From Vicugna vicugna (taxonomy: Eukaryota): a DNA stretch of 64,000 bases. This document shows positions 33,632-44,721 of this stretch, piece after piece (position 1 is the stretch's first letter; each line of letters opens with the position of its first letter). A program made the translations under genes and the position numbers. The stretch is from the NCBI GenBank assembly GCA_013265495.1, contig MU059546.1, positions 372,001 through 436,000 on the forward strand. The letters are read 5' to 3'. Under the pieces are notes generated by a model. The model did not search any database. It worked only from the letters and a program-made list of their open reading frames with translations, and was not told where the DNA came from.

Positions 33632-35419
33632 CTGGGGGTGAAAGTAACAAGAAAAAAAAGTTATAATGTATCAACGTTCCGAGGGGCGGGGCTGCCGCCC
33701 CCTCCCATTCACTACTTACTCCGGCGGCCCGCGCAGGCCAATCAACGCGTGCTGAACGCCCGGTCGGCCACGCGGGCCGGCCAATGAGAGCCGCCGCGGC
33801 GCCGCCCCACGTGGCCGCGCGGGCCCGCCTCTCGCCCCACCCCCGGCCCGGTGGCCAAGCGAAGCACGGCGGGGGCGGGGCTGGCGCCGCTCCGGCCCGC
33901 CCCCGCGCCCCCCAACCCGCCGCAACCATTCATAAGGCCGGAGCTGCAACAAAGGGCGGGCGGCCAGGCCCAAGGGGCGTGGGGACCCCTCTTGGGGCGA
34001 CGCGCCGTAGCGGAGGCCAGCAGCCCCGGGCCGGAGCAGGAAGCCGGGGCTTTCCCCCGCGCCCGTCTGGGGAGCCGCCGCGAGTGGAAGCAGGAGGCGA
34101 TTCCTGCGCCTCGTGGCCGGGTAGCTCGCGGGAGGGTCGGCTGGGGGCGCCCCCCACTCGTGAGGCGAGAAGCACCGGCGAGGGGTGGGGTTGCGGGCGG
34201 GGCCTGCACCACGGTGACGTGGCTGGTGCCGGAGGGCCCCTCCCGCGCCGGTGCCACCTCGCGTCCCACCCCCGTCCCGCGGGCCGGGCCCGCTTCCCGA
34301 GTCGCACCCGCCCGAGCCGTGACGTGAGGTGGCGTCCCCGGCTGCGCCCGCGCGCGGCGCTAGGGGCTGCGGTGAGTCAGCAGCACCGGCGCGCCCTCTG
34401 CCGGCCCCGCCCGGGATCGCTGCTCGGAGACCCGAGGAGGGGGCGCCGAGGCCGGCGGGGCAGGCGGCAGGCCAACGGGACTGGGGGCGTTGGGGGAGCC
34501 TACCTAGGAGCGGAAGGCTCCCAGTCAGGAGAGTAAGGCCGCAGAGCCCGGAAAACTGATGTGGGAACGGCAACTAGCTCAAGGTCACTCAGGGGAAGGG
34601 ACCGAGTCCATTCCATTACACGTCCCAAGGGGCTTCCCAGAACTAGAGACACCCTGAACTCTGCCTGCCCGAAGAACCAAGAAAAGTGGGGCACCCTTAA
34701 GGGACTAGAGTGGGAACCCCACCTCCTCGGCCCGCGAGGTCCCGCCCCCCCACTCACCGGGAGCGGCCAGCCCGAGGTCCCATTAGTCCAGAGTGTACCC
34801 ACGTACGGGATGAATACGCGGTGGCAGAGCCGGTCTGGGGCCGAGCAGGCGGCCCCTGAGCCTTTATCCGCGCCGCCTTCCCTCGGGGTGGAGTTTGGGC
34901 GGCCAGGAGGCGGGGGACCAGCCGGGCGGTGACGCAGGCCGGCCCCCGCCCCTGCCTGCTGGCCAGGGCCCTAGGGCGCCGACCGTCCTGTGCCACCCGC
35001 CCCCTAAGCCTCCTCCTGGAAGCGAGGGGGAGGGGCGCTCCTTGAATGCTACCAACCGGGGTCACAGTCGGCCATGCAGACGACTCAGGCGCATCCGTAC
35101 TCCAGCCCACTGGAAGGGGTTTCAGGGTGCACAGCTGGATTCCCTACCCTGCCCCCTTTCCTGCCGCCCCAGACCAGTGCTTCCGCCTGGGGGCTCCCGA
35201 GTAGGGGAGCGGGAAGGGGGGCCTGAGTCAGCGGCCACGGTCCAGGAAACAGGCCCGAGTCACCTGCCTGTAGTGGGGGTGTCCAGCCGGCTGCCGGGAG
35301 CCCGGCTTCTCGCATCCCTTAGCAGTGACCTCAGAGGGCATTTATGGAGCGATTCACCAGGACCAGGCCTGCCTTGTGCGTCCAGTCACCACCAGCTGGG
35401 CTCTTGCGACCCCTGGGGG

Positions 35420-35660
35420 ACACTGGCTTTTGTGAGCCTCAGTTTCTCCAGGGTGGCAGTGGAACGAAATGAGAATACAGCAGGTCTCACTCTGGAGCCT
35501 AGGGACATGGGGCCCTCACCTAGACCCTGTAACATTGCCATCACCCCAACAAGCAGACTCACATGCTGGTACCCAACCCTCAGGATAGGCGTAATCACTC
35601 AACCCATTTTACAGGTGAGGAAACAGAGGCCACACAGCCAGTAACAAGCAGAAGCCTGGC
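35420..35660. mobile_element. MIR fragments
   Basis: GAGCCTCAGTTTCTCC and ACCCATTTTACAGGTGAGGAAACAGAGGC. Confidence 0.65.
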
Positions 35661-38040
35661 AGGTCCTCAGGTGGCCTTGTGTAGGGGGCTTTCTAAAAGG
35701 ATGACCCTGGATGAGGGTAGGCCTCTCTTGGTCCTCCTTCCCACTCTGTCCAGGATGGGACCCCAGGCCACTCCTGTCCACTTACCTGGTGTCTCCCTTT
35801 ATCTGACCTGACCACCTCCACCCCCACCCTCACCCTGGGTGCCCCTCCCAGGGCTGTGTTGCTTTCCAGGTCTCCATCATGCTCCCACCCAATGCTCCTG
35901 CAGTCTCTGGTCCCCCAACCTGGTCACAGGCACACCCAGACACTCCCAGCCCCACAACGTCAGGGCTGGGCCCAAGGGAGGGGCTGTCAGAACCCTTGGG
36001 AGGGGGTCATGGGGTTGAGGGGTGGACAGCAGCTGGCCAGAGGAAGATAACAGTGCTCCAAGGAAGGAAGAGCAACAATCAGCACAAAGCACTGGTGGCT
36101 GGAGTGAGTGCCCCAGAGTGCATGTGGGGCTGAGCTGGAGGGCTGCGGGCCAGGTTGGCTTGGCTTGCAAAGAGCACACAGAGGTCGTGCAGGGAGACAC
36201 GGGCTCTGAAGCCGGAGCATCTCAACGTTGGAGGGCTCAGGAGAGTGGCCAGGTGGCAGACCAGGTGGGACCCACAGATGGGCAGGTAGTGCTGGGTGGC
36301 GGCTTTGATTCCGGGGAGTGGGTTGAAGATTTCACTGGACCTGGTTCCTCTGGGGACTAAAAAGTAGGCTGTCCTCCTGGAATGTAGCCGCTGACGGTCA
36401 CACACATGGAGGAGGGCCAACCTCAGATCAGCCTGTCTCCCTGCCTTTCCCACTTAGCATCCTTGTGCCACGGTGGCAGGTCCTAGGATGCGAGCGTACC
36501 CCCTCCTGGGAGGGACATGAATCCTTGGGCGCCACAAGGCCCAAGGCCTGCCCTCTTGGAAGGGGTCATGACCCTCTGGTTCCTGGCCCTGTGACCTGTC
36601 CCACCCCAGGATGCAGCCCAGCCAGCACAAGCTGTTCCTGCAGCCCAGCAGGTGCAAGTGTCCCCAGGCTGGGCTCCAAGGCTGCCACATTCCCCAGGGG
36701 CCTGCGCCATGCTGGGGGGGTCCTAGCTACATCTGGTTGTGTCGCACAGCTAGGGGCTGAGGCCTCAGGGGGTGGGGGTGCTAGTGGGGTCCCTGGTGTG
36801 GGGCTGCCGGTCCGGTGGATTAGTGAAGGTCTCCTCCCACAGGCCCCCACCAACCCCCAGCCATGCCCCTGGTCTTATTTATAGACTAGATAAGGAGACG
36901 GGCCAGGAACTCCACGACCTGGGCTCTAAAGCCAGGAGACGGAGAGGGGTGGGGTTGCACTTGTGACCCCCAAAGCTGTCACAGCTGTCACACCTGTCTG
37001 AGCTGGGGGTTTCTGGGATAGAGGGAGCTGGCTACTCCAGCCTCACCTGCCCAAAAAGGAACAAGACTTGGATGGATGTCCCCCATACTGCAAGCTTGCC
37101 TAGAGCCTCCCATGTTCACATCTCCCCCATGTCAAGCCTTAGAGACAACCTGGGGACAGTCACTTCCACGGGACTGTGACACACAACCAGCCTGTCTGTG
37201 CTGATGACAAGCCCTGGAGTGGCCTCCCCATCACCTTCTGGCTGCCAGTGACACACAGGGAGGCCCAAGCTCACGCACACTCACCCTGCTGGAATCCCCT
37301 GCCAGCTCTGCTCAGCCCAGGACCAGGGAGCAGGGTGAGGAGACCCCTGCCTGCCACCCGGAGCTAGTGCCTAGGCCACCCCACCCAGGTCGGAAGAGGG
37401 AGTTACTGGTTGAAAAAGATGGGGCAGCCCTTAAGCTTCAAGGTACCGGGCTGGCCCCTGCCTGGTCACTCCACCAATCTGGGGCAGGCCCATGGGCCTG
37501 GGTGCCAACACCACCAGGGACTGGGCGCCCAGCCAGCTGGGGCCACCCACAGGCCAGGCAAGCACAGGGCAGTGCCTCCGTGGGAGCAGGCAGGACCCAC
37601 CTCTTCCCAGCGCAGCTGGGGCAGGGCTGAGGAGCTGGCGGGGCAGACATCACAGCCCAGAACCGGAGCCCAGCAGAGCCCTGTCTGTCCAGCAGCCCGA
37701 GCCCAGTCCAGAAGCAGCGGCCACACCCCTGCCTGCTGTCCCCAGCCCTGGCTAGTGACCTTTGCCCGTCCCCACCCTCCTGGGGTGAGGGCCAGCACCC
37801 AGCCCACAACCCAGCCTGGCTTCATGAGCTCTGTCCCCCGCACCCCTCGACACTCCAGCTTACTGCAGACAGCCAGGATGTCTCAGGTCACTGCCTCCTG
37901 ACCCAAGAAAGGCAATGGCTGGCATTTACTGCCCCACCTCACTCGGTAGACACAGAGAGCTGGGGCAGAGACCAGGCTGGGTCCCGAGCCTGCTGCCCCA
38001 AGCAGGACAAAGCCAGTAAACACAAGTTGGCTCCCAGATC

Positions 38041-38046
38041 TTTAAT
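38041..38046 (-). terminator. Candidate ATP5F1D poly(A) signal ATTAAA
   Basis: TTTAAT on + strand about 460 nt after the stop; the only hexamer I saw nearby. Confidence 0.55.
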
Positions 38047-38504
38047 GAGGGCCTTGGGAGGGGGCAAGCTGTCTGGGAGAGAAGGCTGGGAGCAGAGCTC
38101 TCTGCAGCAGGCTCGGCAGGGGCAGGGGAGTGGTGGGCAGCACATCAGGTCCAGGGGATCTTGGGAGGTGGGACAAGAGCCCCCAGAGTGACAATACCCA
38201 CCACAGACAGAGCGAGTGTCTGAACTCGCCCCGCCCCACCAAGTTGGCCAGAGTTGCTGAGGGTTTGTTCCTGAGGTTTATTTAGCAGGAGGGGACAAAG
38301 CCCTGCAGGATGCCCTGGACAGAAGCTGGCCCTATGCTGCCATCTGGCGGCTTCCCAGCAAGGACCGCTCCCCCTAGGGAAGTAGTGCTCTAGGGGCTGT
38401 CTGGCCCGCTTCACTCAGCCTCTTGCCCCCCAAGTCAGCCTGGACCACGGGAGCTGCCTCCGCTGCATGGGCCTCGGCCACAGCCAACACGGGGCAGGCC
38501 CCGC

Positions 38505-40206
38505 CTACTCCAGGGCCTTCACCAGGGCCTCGCTGGCCTCGATGCGGATCTGGATCTCGGCCCTCGTGGCCTCATCTGCCGCCCCCAACAGCTCCGACTG
38601 CGCCTTCTCCAGGTTCGCCTTGGCCGCCTGCAGGGGGTGGGTGGCGGGTGAGGACTAAGCCTGGGCCCCAGCCCGACACTGGCCCCACATGCCAGTTCCC
38701 TCCCTGCAGCCAGGGAGTTCTCCACCAGCTCCGACCAGCTCTGTGCCTCGACATCCCCTGGGGCACTCACCCCCAGGTCCAGCATGTCGAGCGTCACAGC
38801 TTCTTCAGCCAGTAACTGCACCGAGGAATCAGCATTCACTGTGACGGAACCGCTGCTCACTGCGGGGGGGGGGGAGGGGGAGTGAGAGCTCTATGTCCAG
38901 GCATGGGGGACACGGGCAGCCCCAGAGCCCCTGTTGGGTTGGGAGGGTGAGCCCACAGCCTGGCTCCAAGGTCCAAAGGCTCAAGCACACAAGTAGATAG
39001 GTGACCACCAGGTGCACCCCCTGGAGGCTGGACATGGGGACAAAGACCCCTCCCTCTGCCCACCAGCCCGTGGGCTGAACCAGGGTCAGGGGAAAAGCAG
39101 AACTGAGTTCAAGTCTCAGTTGTGGTGCTGGGAAAGAGCCACGCTGCTGGATGACTTTCTTAGAATGGAGGATCCTTCCTCCTCCAAAGGGCCCCCTCCA
39201 GGCCACATTTTCACTTCTCTTCCCAGCACCTGTCAGCATGGGTCCCCCTCCCCTGATCAGTTCTACCCCTAACCACAGCCAGTCCAAAGCTGGGAAACAC
39301 TATGCCCTTTCTTACTCAGTCAACTGAAATGGGGACTTCTCTGCTGGGACCGGTGTCCTCTGCCCAGCCGCTTTCCTCTGCCCTCCACTCAACTCACCAA
39401 AGTATTTGGAAGTGGTACCGTCTTCAGCATGGACCACAACCAGCCCTGGCCGCAGGACCTGCAGGGTGGGCACATGGGCTGCCAGAATGCCGAAGGCTCC
39501 CGTCTGCGTGGGCACGTCCACCTGCCGGACGTTGGCACCGTTGAAGAACACCTAGAGAAAGCGTGATGAACGGGTTGCTTCAGGCCAGTACCACGGAACC
39601 AGCATTTAGTCTCCCCTGCCATTAAACATCTACGTCAGACTGAAAGCTGATGAGGGACCCAGAGGCAGCTGCACTGGGACCAGTGCTTCGGTGGGGTCCT
39701 CCAGCAAGGCTGCAGTGCCTTCGTCTACAAAAGAACGAAATCAAGCCACCATTCCTTCCGTAAGAAAACGCCGTTAGGCCACAAACAGCCACTGCAGGAG
39801 GGAGCATTCAGGAGGCGCAGAACTCGGAAGGGGTACCGGGGACTCCGGTCTGAATCACGTGGCGTTAGGGCGCATGCTGGGAGCAGATCGGAATGAGGGG
39901 CTGAGGGACGGCGACCACGGGAGTTGGGGGCTCGGATCCCGGACTAGACGGGATAGGGGCGCGGGACCGGAATGCAGGTTGCCGACCTGGGGACTGGGGG
40001 CTCGGATCCCGGACCACACGGGACAGAGGCGCGGGTGCGGGGCCCGAGCCCGCGGACGTCCGAACCTGCGTGGGTGAGGCGAAGGTGAAGGACATCTGTC
40101 CCGAGCCAGCGGCGGGGGCTGGGGCGGCGGCAGCCTCGGCGTAAGCGCGGGCTTGGCGCACGAGGCGGGCCAAGCCTGGGCGGCGGAGCAGCGCGGCAGG
40201 CAGCAT
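38505..40206 (-). CDS. ATP5F1D: ATP synthase F1 subunit delta, mitochondrial, 168 aa; CDS exons 40066-40206, 39398-39551, 38771-38859, 38505-38627
   Basis: MLPAALLRRPGL transit peptide, QMSFTFASPTQVFFNGANVRQVDVPT...IEASEALVKALE; 141+154+89+123=507 nt; GT-AG introns. Confidence 0.98.
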
Positions 40207-40440
40207 GGCGGCAGGCGTACCGCAGTCGGCGGACGGCGGACGGCGGAGTGGAGGCTAGCGGACTCCGGCTGGACGCGAACGGCCTGGAGGGCGAGGAGGA
40301 CGACGCGCGAGGACTTCTGGGAGAAGAATTCAAGTAGGGCGCACGCGCGAACTACGACTCCCGGCGGGCTGCGCGCGATGTTGATGACGACGCACCGCCA
40401 GGGCGCGCGGCATCGTGGGGGTTGTAGTTTCCTTCCGACC
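40207..40440 (-). promoter_or_regulatory. ATP5F1D promoter with two ZNF143/THAP11-type motifs
   Basis: ACTACGACTCCCGGC at 40351-40365 (+); ACTACAACCCCCACGATGC at 40410-40428 (-); YY1-like GCCGCCATG at the start codon. Confidence 0.65.
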
Positions 40441-40779
40441 CGAGCTCCCAGCCCGATGGTCAGTTATACGGTACTGCATGGGGAGGACCACAAGTCTGCG
40501 TGGAGAGACACTTGAGTTGAATACAAGGTTTTTGGGGGCGCTCATTGGCTGTCAGGCGCTGGAGAGATACCAGGGAAATATCAAGATTCCTGATACAGCT
40601 TGGGGTGGTGGGGGCGTTTAACAGACACTCAAAATAATGAATATGTCTTATAGTATGTCAGGAAGTAACAAACACAAACAAGAAAACAGTAGGGGTTCCG
40701 GAGTGCGCCAGCTGTAGGAAGTGCAGGCGTCCCGGCAACAGCATCCCAGGCGGAGGGTCTAGCGCGGGCAAGCGTTCAG

Positions 40780-41040
40780 CCGTGTGGGAAACGCTTGGCT
40801 GCAACTCCCGTTGACGTCGACAGGGGGCGAACCAATCCCGGAGATGCTCTCCGCCCGGCCCCTCCCGACCGGCCACCGCTTCCGCGCGCTGCTGACGTAG
40901 GGGCGCTTGCGCGGGCGGCCTGGGGCTCAGCTGACGTCACCGCGGCCCGCGCAGCCTCGCTCGCGGCGCTGACGTCACCGCCCCGCCCCCGCGCTTCTGC
41001 AGGTCTGCGCCCCCGGCCGGGCCCCAGCCCCCAGCTTGGA
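40780..41040. promoter_or_regulatory. CRE-rich CpG island between ATP5F1D and CBARP
   Basis: TGACGTCA at 40932-40939 and 40970-40977; TGACGT at 40812 and 40893; CCAAT 40832-40836. Confidence 0.65.
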
Positions 41041-42699
41041 TTCTGGGACAACGCAGAGTCCGGTTTAACCCACGTAGGGCCCACACCAGGAGGGGACTTG
41101 GCTGAGGAGCGTACGGGGAAGGGTGTCACACCTGGGCGTTTGGCTCTGCAGGTGCTGTGGCCGAAAGAGGCTCCTACAGGGGGAAGCCTCACGCCCAGAC
41201 CCCCGCCCCCTCTCCGGGCCAGCGCTCAGGGGCACTCGGGGCGTCAGTCCCAGTGTCTTGGGCATCCTGGCTGTAGGCGAGTGTGTGCAGAGGAAAGCTC
41301 CTCTCACATTTGTAGGGGTGCGCCCTGTGCACGGCCACGACCTCTCACGGAGCGCCAGAGCCTATATGGAGACCTATTCCGAAAGACTCCTCAAACCGAT
41401 CCACTCGGCTTATCTCTAATCTTCACTCCATGGTGGCCCAGGGGTAGGGGCGCTACCCACCTGTTTCTCAGGTCCCAAACATGGGGTTATACTGGAATTC
41501 TACAGTGGATCCATCCACAAGGCTCGTCCACCCAGTTCAGCCACTGCAGCGAGCCTTCCTGGCTTGGATGGCCCCAGGCTCCTCCCTTGATGCTTTCTCC
41601 ACACATAGCGAGAGGGACCGTGTCATTCCGCTGCTGGGAACCACAAGATGGCTTCCCCATTCCCTCCAACACAGTTTCGGACCTCGGGCTTTGCACGTGC
41701 AGTTTCCACTGGCCCTCCTGAGTGTCTGTCCGTTTGACTGCCCCTTGCCCTCCTTCAGCAGGGTCATCCTTTCATCCACTGGACACGCACGATCCCTCCA
41801 GTGTGCCGGCCCTGTGCTATGACCAGGGACCGAGCTGTAAGAGAACTCCTGCCCTGTCACCATGGAGTGGGGGCAGGCGTGAGTAAGGACACAACACGGG
41901 GTCTTGGAGAAAAGCAAAGTATAACAGGGGGCTGGAGGAAGTGTGGGATGGGAGCTGCTTTGTGGGGCCAAGAGGAGATGGAGAATTTGCCACTGGGAAA
42001 GAAGTGACGGAAGCGAGGGATGGACTCTTGTCACTGAGTGAGGAAAGCCCAGCAGGCCCAGCCCCTGCAAGTGCAAAGGCCCTGAGGTTGGACTGGGCTT
42101 TCCGCTTTCACTGGAGGAAAAAGGGGTGCCATTTTGCTATGTTGAGCACAGGACTAGACAGGCTGGGCTGGGACCCAGACAAGGCTGGTGGCAGCTTGGT
42201 GGCCTTCACATCTAGAAGGATTTGGCACGATTGTCCGGGAAGGAGCAGCTTTAGAATTGACCAGGCATGGGGTTTCTGAAGGGGTAGATCTGAGGTCACC
42301 GGGCGCTGGGCAGGCCCTGGTGGCACTGAGCATAGGTTGCGTTTCATTATCTTTGCTCATCCTAACAAGGCAGGGCTCCTGGTGATCCCTGACAGGGCCG
42401 GAGCCCCTGGGCTGTGCATCCTGCAGACTCCCAAGTTGGGGGAAGTGATGGAAGGGGAGTTTATGCACCCCAGGTTTCCGGGCTGCGGGGAGTCGTGAGC
42501 CCCAGGACCAACACCACTTTGGTTTTCTTTCCTTGGGGATCCTGGGAAGGGTCGGGGAGTCGTGAAGGGGGGACCGAGGGCGGACATTCAGCTGCCTCGG
42601 GAGAGGGCGGCTCCGCGTGGGGAGGGGGCGCCCGGGAGCGCAGGCTCCGCCCCCCGCCCCCGCCGGAAGGGAAGGGGAGGCGGTGGCTGGCGCGGAGCT

Positions 42700-42959
42700 A
42701 GCCAGACGCGGCGGCGAGCGCGGTGGGGGCGGCCGGCCGGGGACCGGGCGGCACCGGGCGACACTGAGCGGGTCGGAGCGGGCTTGCGGCCAACGCGATC
42801 ACGTGTGCGGCCCCTCCTCTGGCGCCTGCCTCCCCCGTGCGCCGCGCTCTTCATTCATAAATTCTCCGCCTGCTCCGCGGCTACCGGGCGCCGAAGCCAG
42901 CCGGGAGCGCCGCGCAGCCGCCCGCCCGCCGCCCATGGGCCGCGCGCCCCGGCGCTGAG
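42700..42959 (+). other. CBARP: CBARP non-coding exon 1 (TSS approximate) in a CpG island
   Basis: GC-rich leader ending at the donor GAG|GTAGGC (42959/42960); next acceptor CCTAG|C at 44714/44715. Confidence 0.7.
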
Positions 42960-44721
42960 GTAGGCGCGCGGGCCTGGGGCTGCACCGGGGCGGGCGGGGG
43001 ACAGGCTGAGGACGCGCGGCCCGCCCTGGCTCGAGACCACCGGTCCCTTCCCGCGAGGCGGCGAGGCCAGAGGCAGGGAGCGGAGGAGCCGGGGCCAGCG
43101 TGGGGGGTCAGTCGACGGGGCTCTGCACCCTCCCTTCGGCAGCCCGGAGAGGGACCCTTGCCCACGCCTTCCCCAGCCTCAGTTTCCCGCTATGAGATTT
43201 GCCGAGGGCCATGGCGTTTGCGCCTCCTGGCTTAACACGAGGTTGAGAAGTGCCTGGAGTCGGTTCCCTGCATCTTGCCGCTTGCCATCCCCGTCCCTAG
43301 GGCCGGTTGAGGGCGCGGGGGTGGGAGCGGAGGCAAGCCCGATCGGGAGCCAAGGCCCAGCGGGACTTTAGGGGCTGGACCCTCCGCCCTAGGCTGCCGT
43401 CCCCGCCTACCCCCGCTTCCCCCTCGGCCTCCTGCCGTCTTTCCTGATCTCCTGTCATCGTCCCTGTGCCTCTGCCCCCTCCCCCTCCAGCGTGAACTCA
43501 TTTCCCGACCTACATATAGGTGCCCCCTCCCCCAAGGATGCAGGGGAGTCGCGGCCAGCCTCTGACCCAGAGTGCTGAGGACACCTGGCTTTCGCCGGTA
43601 CCCTCCCCTCCTCTGGGCCTCAGTTTCCCCTCCGCTGTCAAGTGGGGATAAAGCCCCGAAGGGTTAGGGACGCCGGAACCTGTGTACGGGCTTTCCCTTT
43701 CCTACGGGGAAGGGCCACTCGCCGTGTCCGCTCAGGGCTGCCGGTCATCCCGGCCCCAGACTCGGTTCCCTGAGATTCCATAGTGCGGCCACCGGTCCTT
43801 CCCGCAGGAAGGAGCTGTGTGCTGGGGAGGGCGGTCAGATGCAATGTCCAGGCAGTCCCCTTCCCGAGCACGGAGACCCTCCCAGCCTCGGTGCCTCCAC
43901 GCCAGGCAGACGTGGAGACTGGCCAGCTGGGGCTGGGAGGGGTGCGGCAGGGGCGCGTGGTCGGGCTGGGCACCGGCGGGCGGCGGCAGCAGCCATCTTG
44001 CCGCCCGGGGCTGGCTTCAGCCTCCCCTGCAGGAGGCCTCCCTCCCCCGCGCCCCCTCCCCTCCTCGTGCTCCCTGGCAACCCGCTCCCCTCCACCAGCT
44101 CGGCCTGCTCGCTCAGTCGCCATGGGAACCAGATTCTTGAGGGCTGGGAACAGATGCGCCTTCTTTGGCCTTTTCATTCCCCCCCACCACTCTGCAGAGG
44201 GGAACTTTTACCTCTGAGAGTCGTGACCTAGGAGTCCCCGTGGTCAGCTCTTCTCCCCCCTCCCCAGGGCTGGATGGCCCAAGGGATGACCCGAATCCCC
44301 GTTATTATGCAACCAGTCCCCTAGGACCCATGCAGCCCCTCCTGCGGCCCTGATGGGGCAGGCAGGGCCCCTGGAGCCTGGCGGGAGTGGGCTGATAGCC
44401 TCAGTTTCCCCATTCCTGGCAGAGGTGCTCCCCCTTTCCTGGGCAGGGCTCCCTGCCCAGCGCCACCTTGCCTGGCCGGCCCCACCGGCTGGGGAAGCTG
44501 TTGATATGCACACGCCTCCCCTTTTCAGAGATGGGGACAGAGAGGTCCCTGGCACTGATCTGAGCCAGGTGGGGGCTGCCTTGGGGCTCCCCCCCTCACC
44601 TCTCTGTGAGTCACTGCCCTGTGTGGACCCCTGTTCCTGCTCCCAGGGAGGTGGGAAGGGGGACCAAGGAGCTCCAGCTGAGCAGGCCCTGCCCCCCTAG
44701 GCCCCTCCTCCTAGCCTCAAA

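Noticed and set aside
33927-33938. CCATTCATAAGG as a CArG/SRF box
   Set aside because: Eight-base core containing a C; does not fit CC(A/T)6GG.
42586-42612. TTCAGCTGCCTCGG as an RE1/REST site at CBARP
   Set aside because: Only the TCAGC core matches; the right half-site GGACAG is absent.
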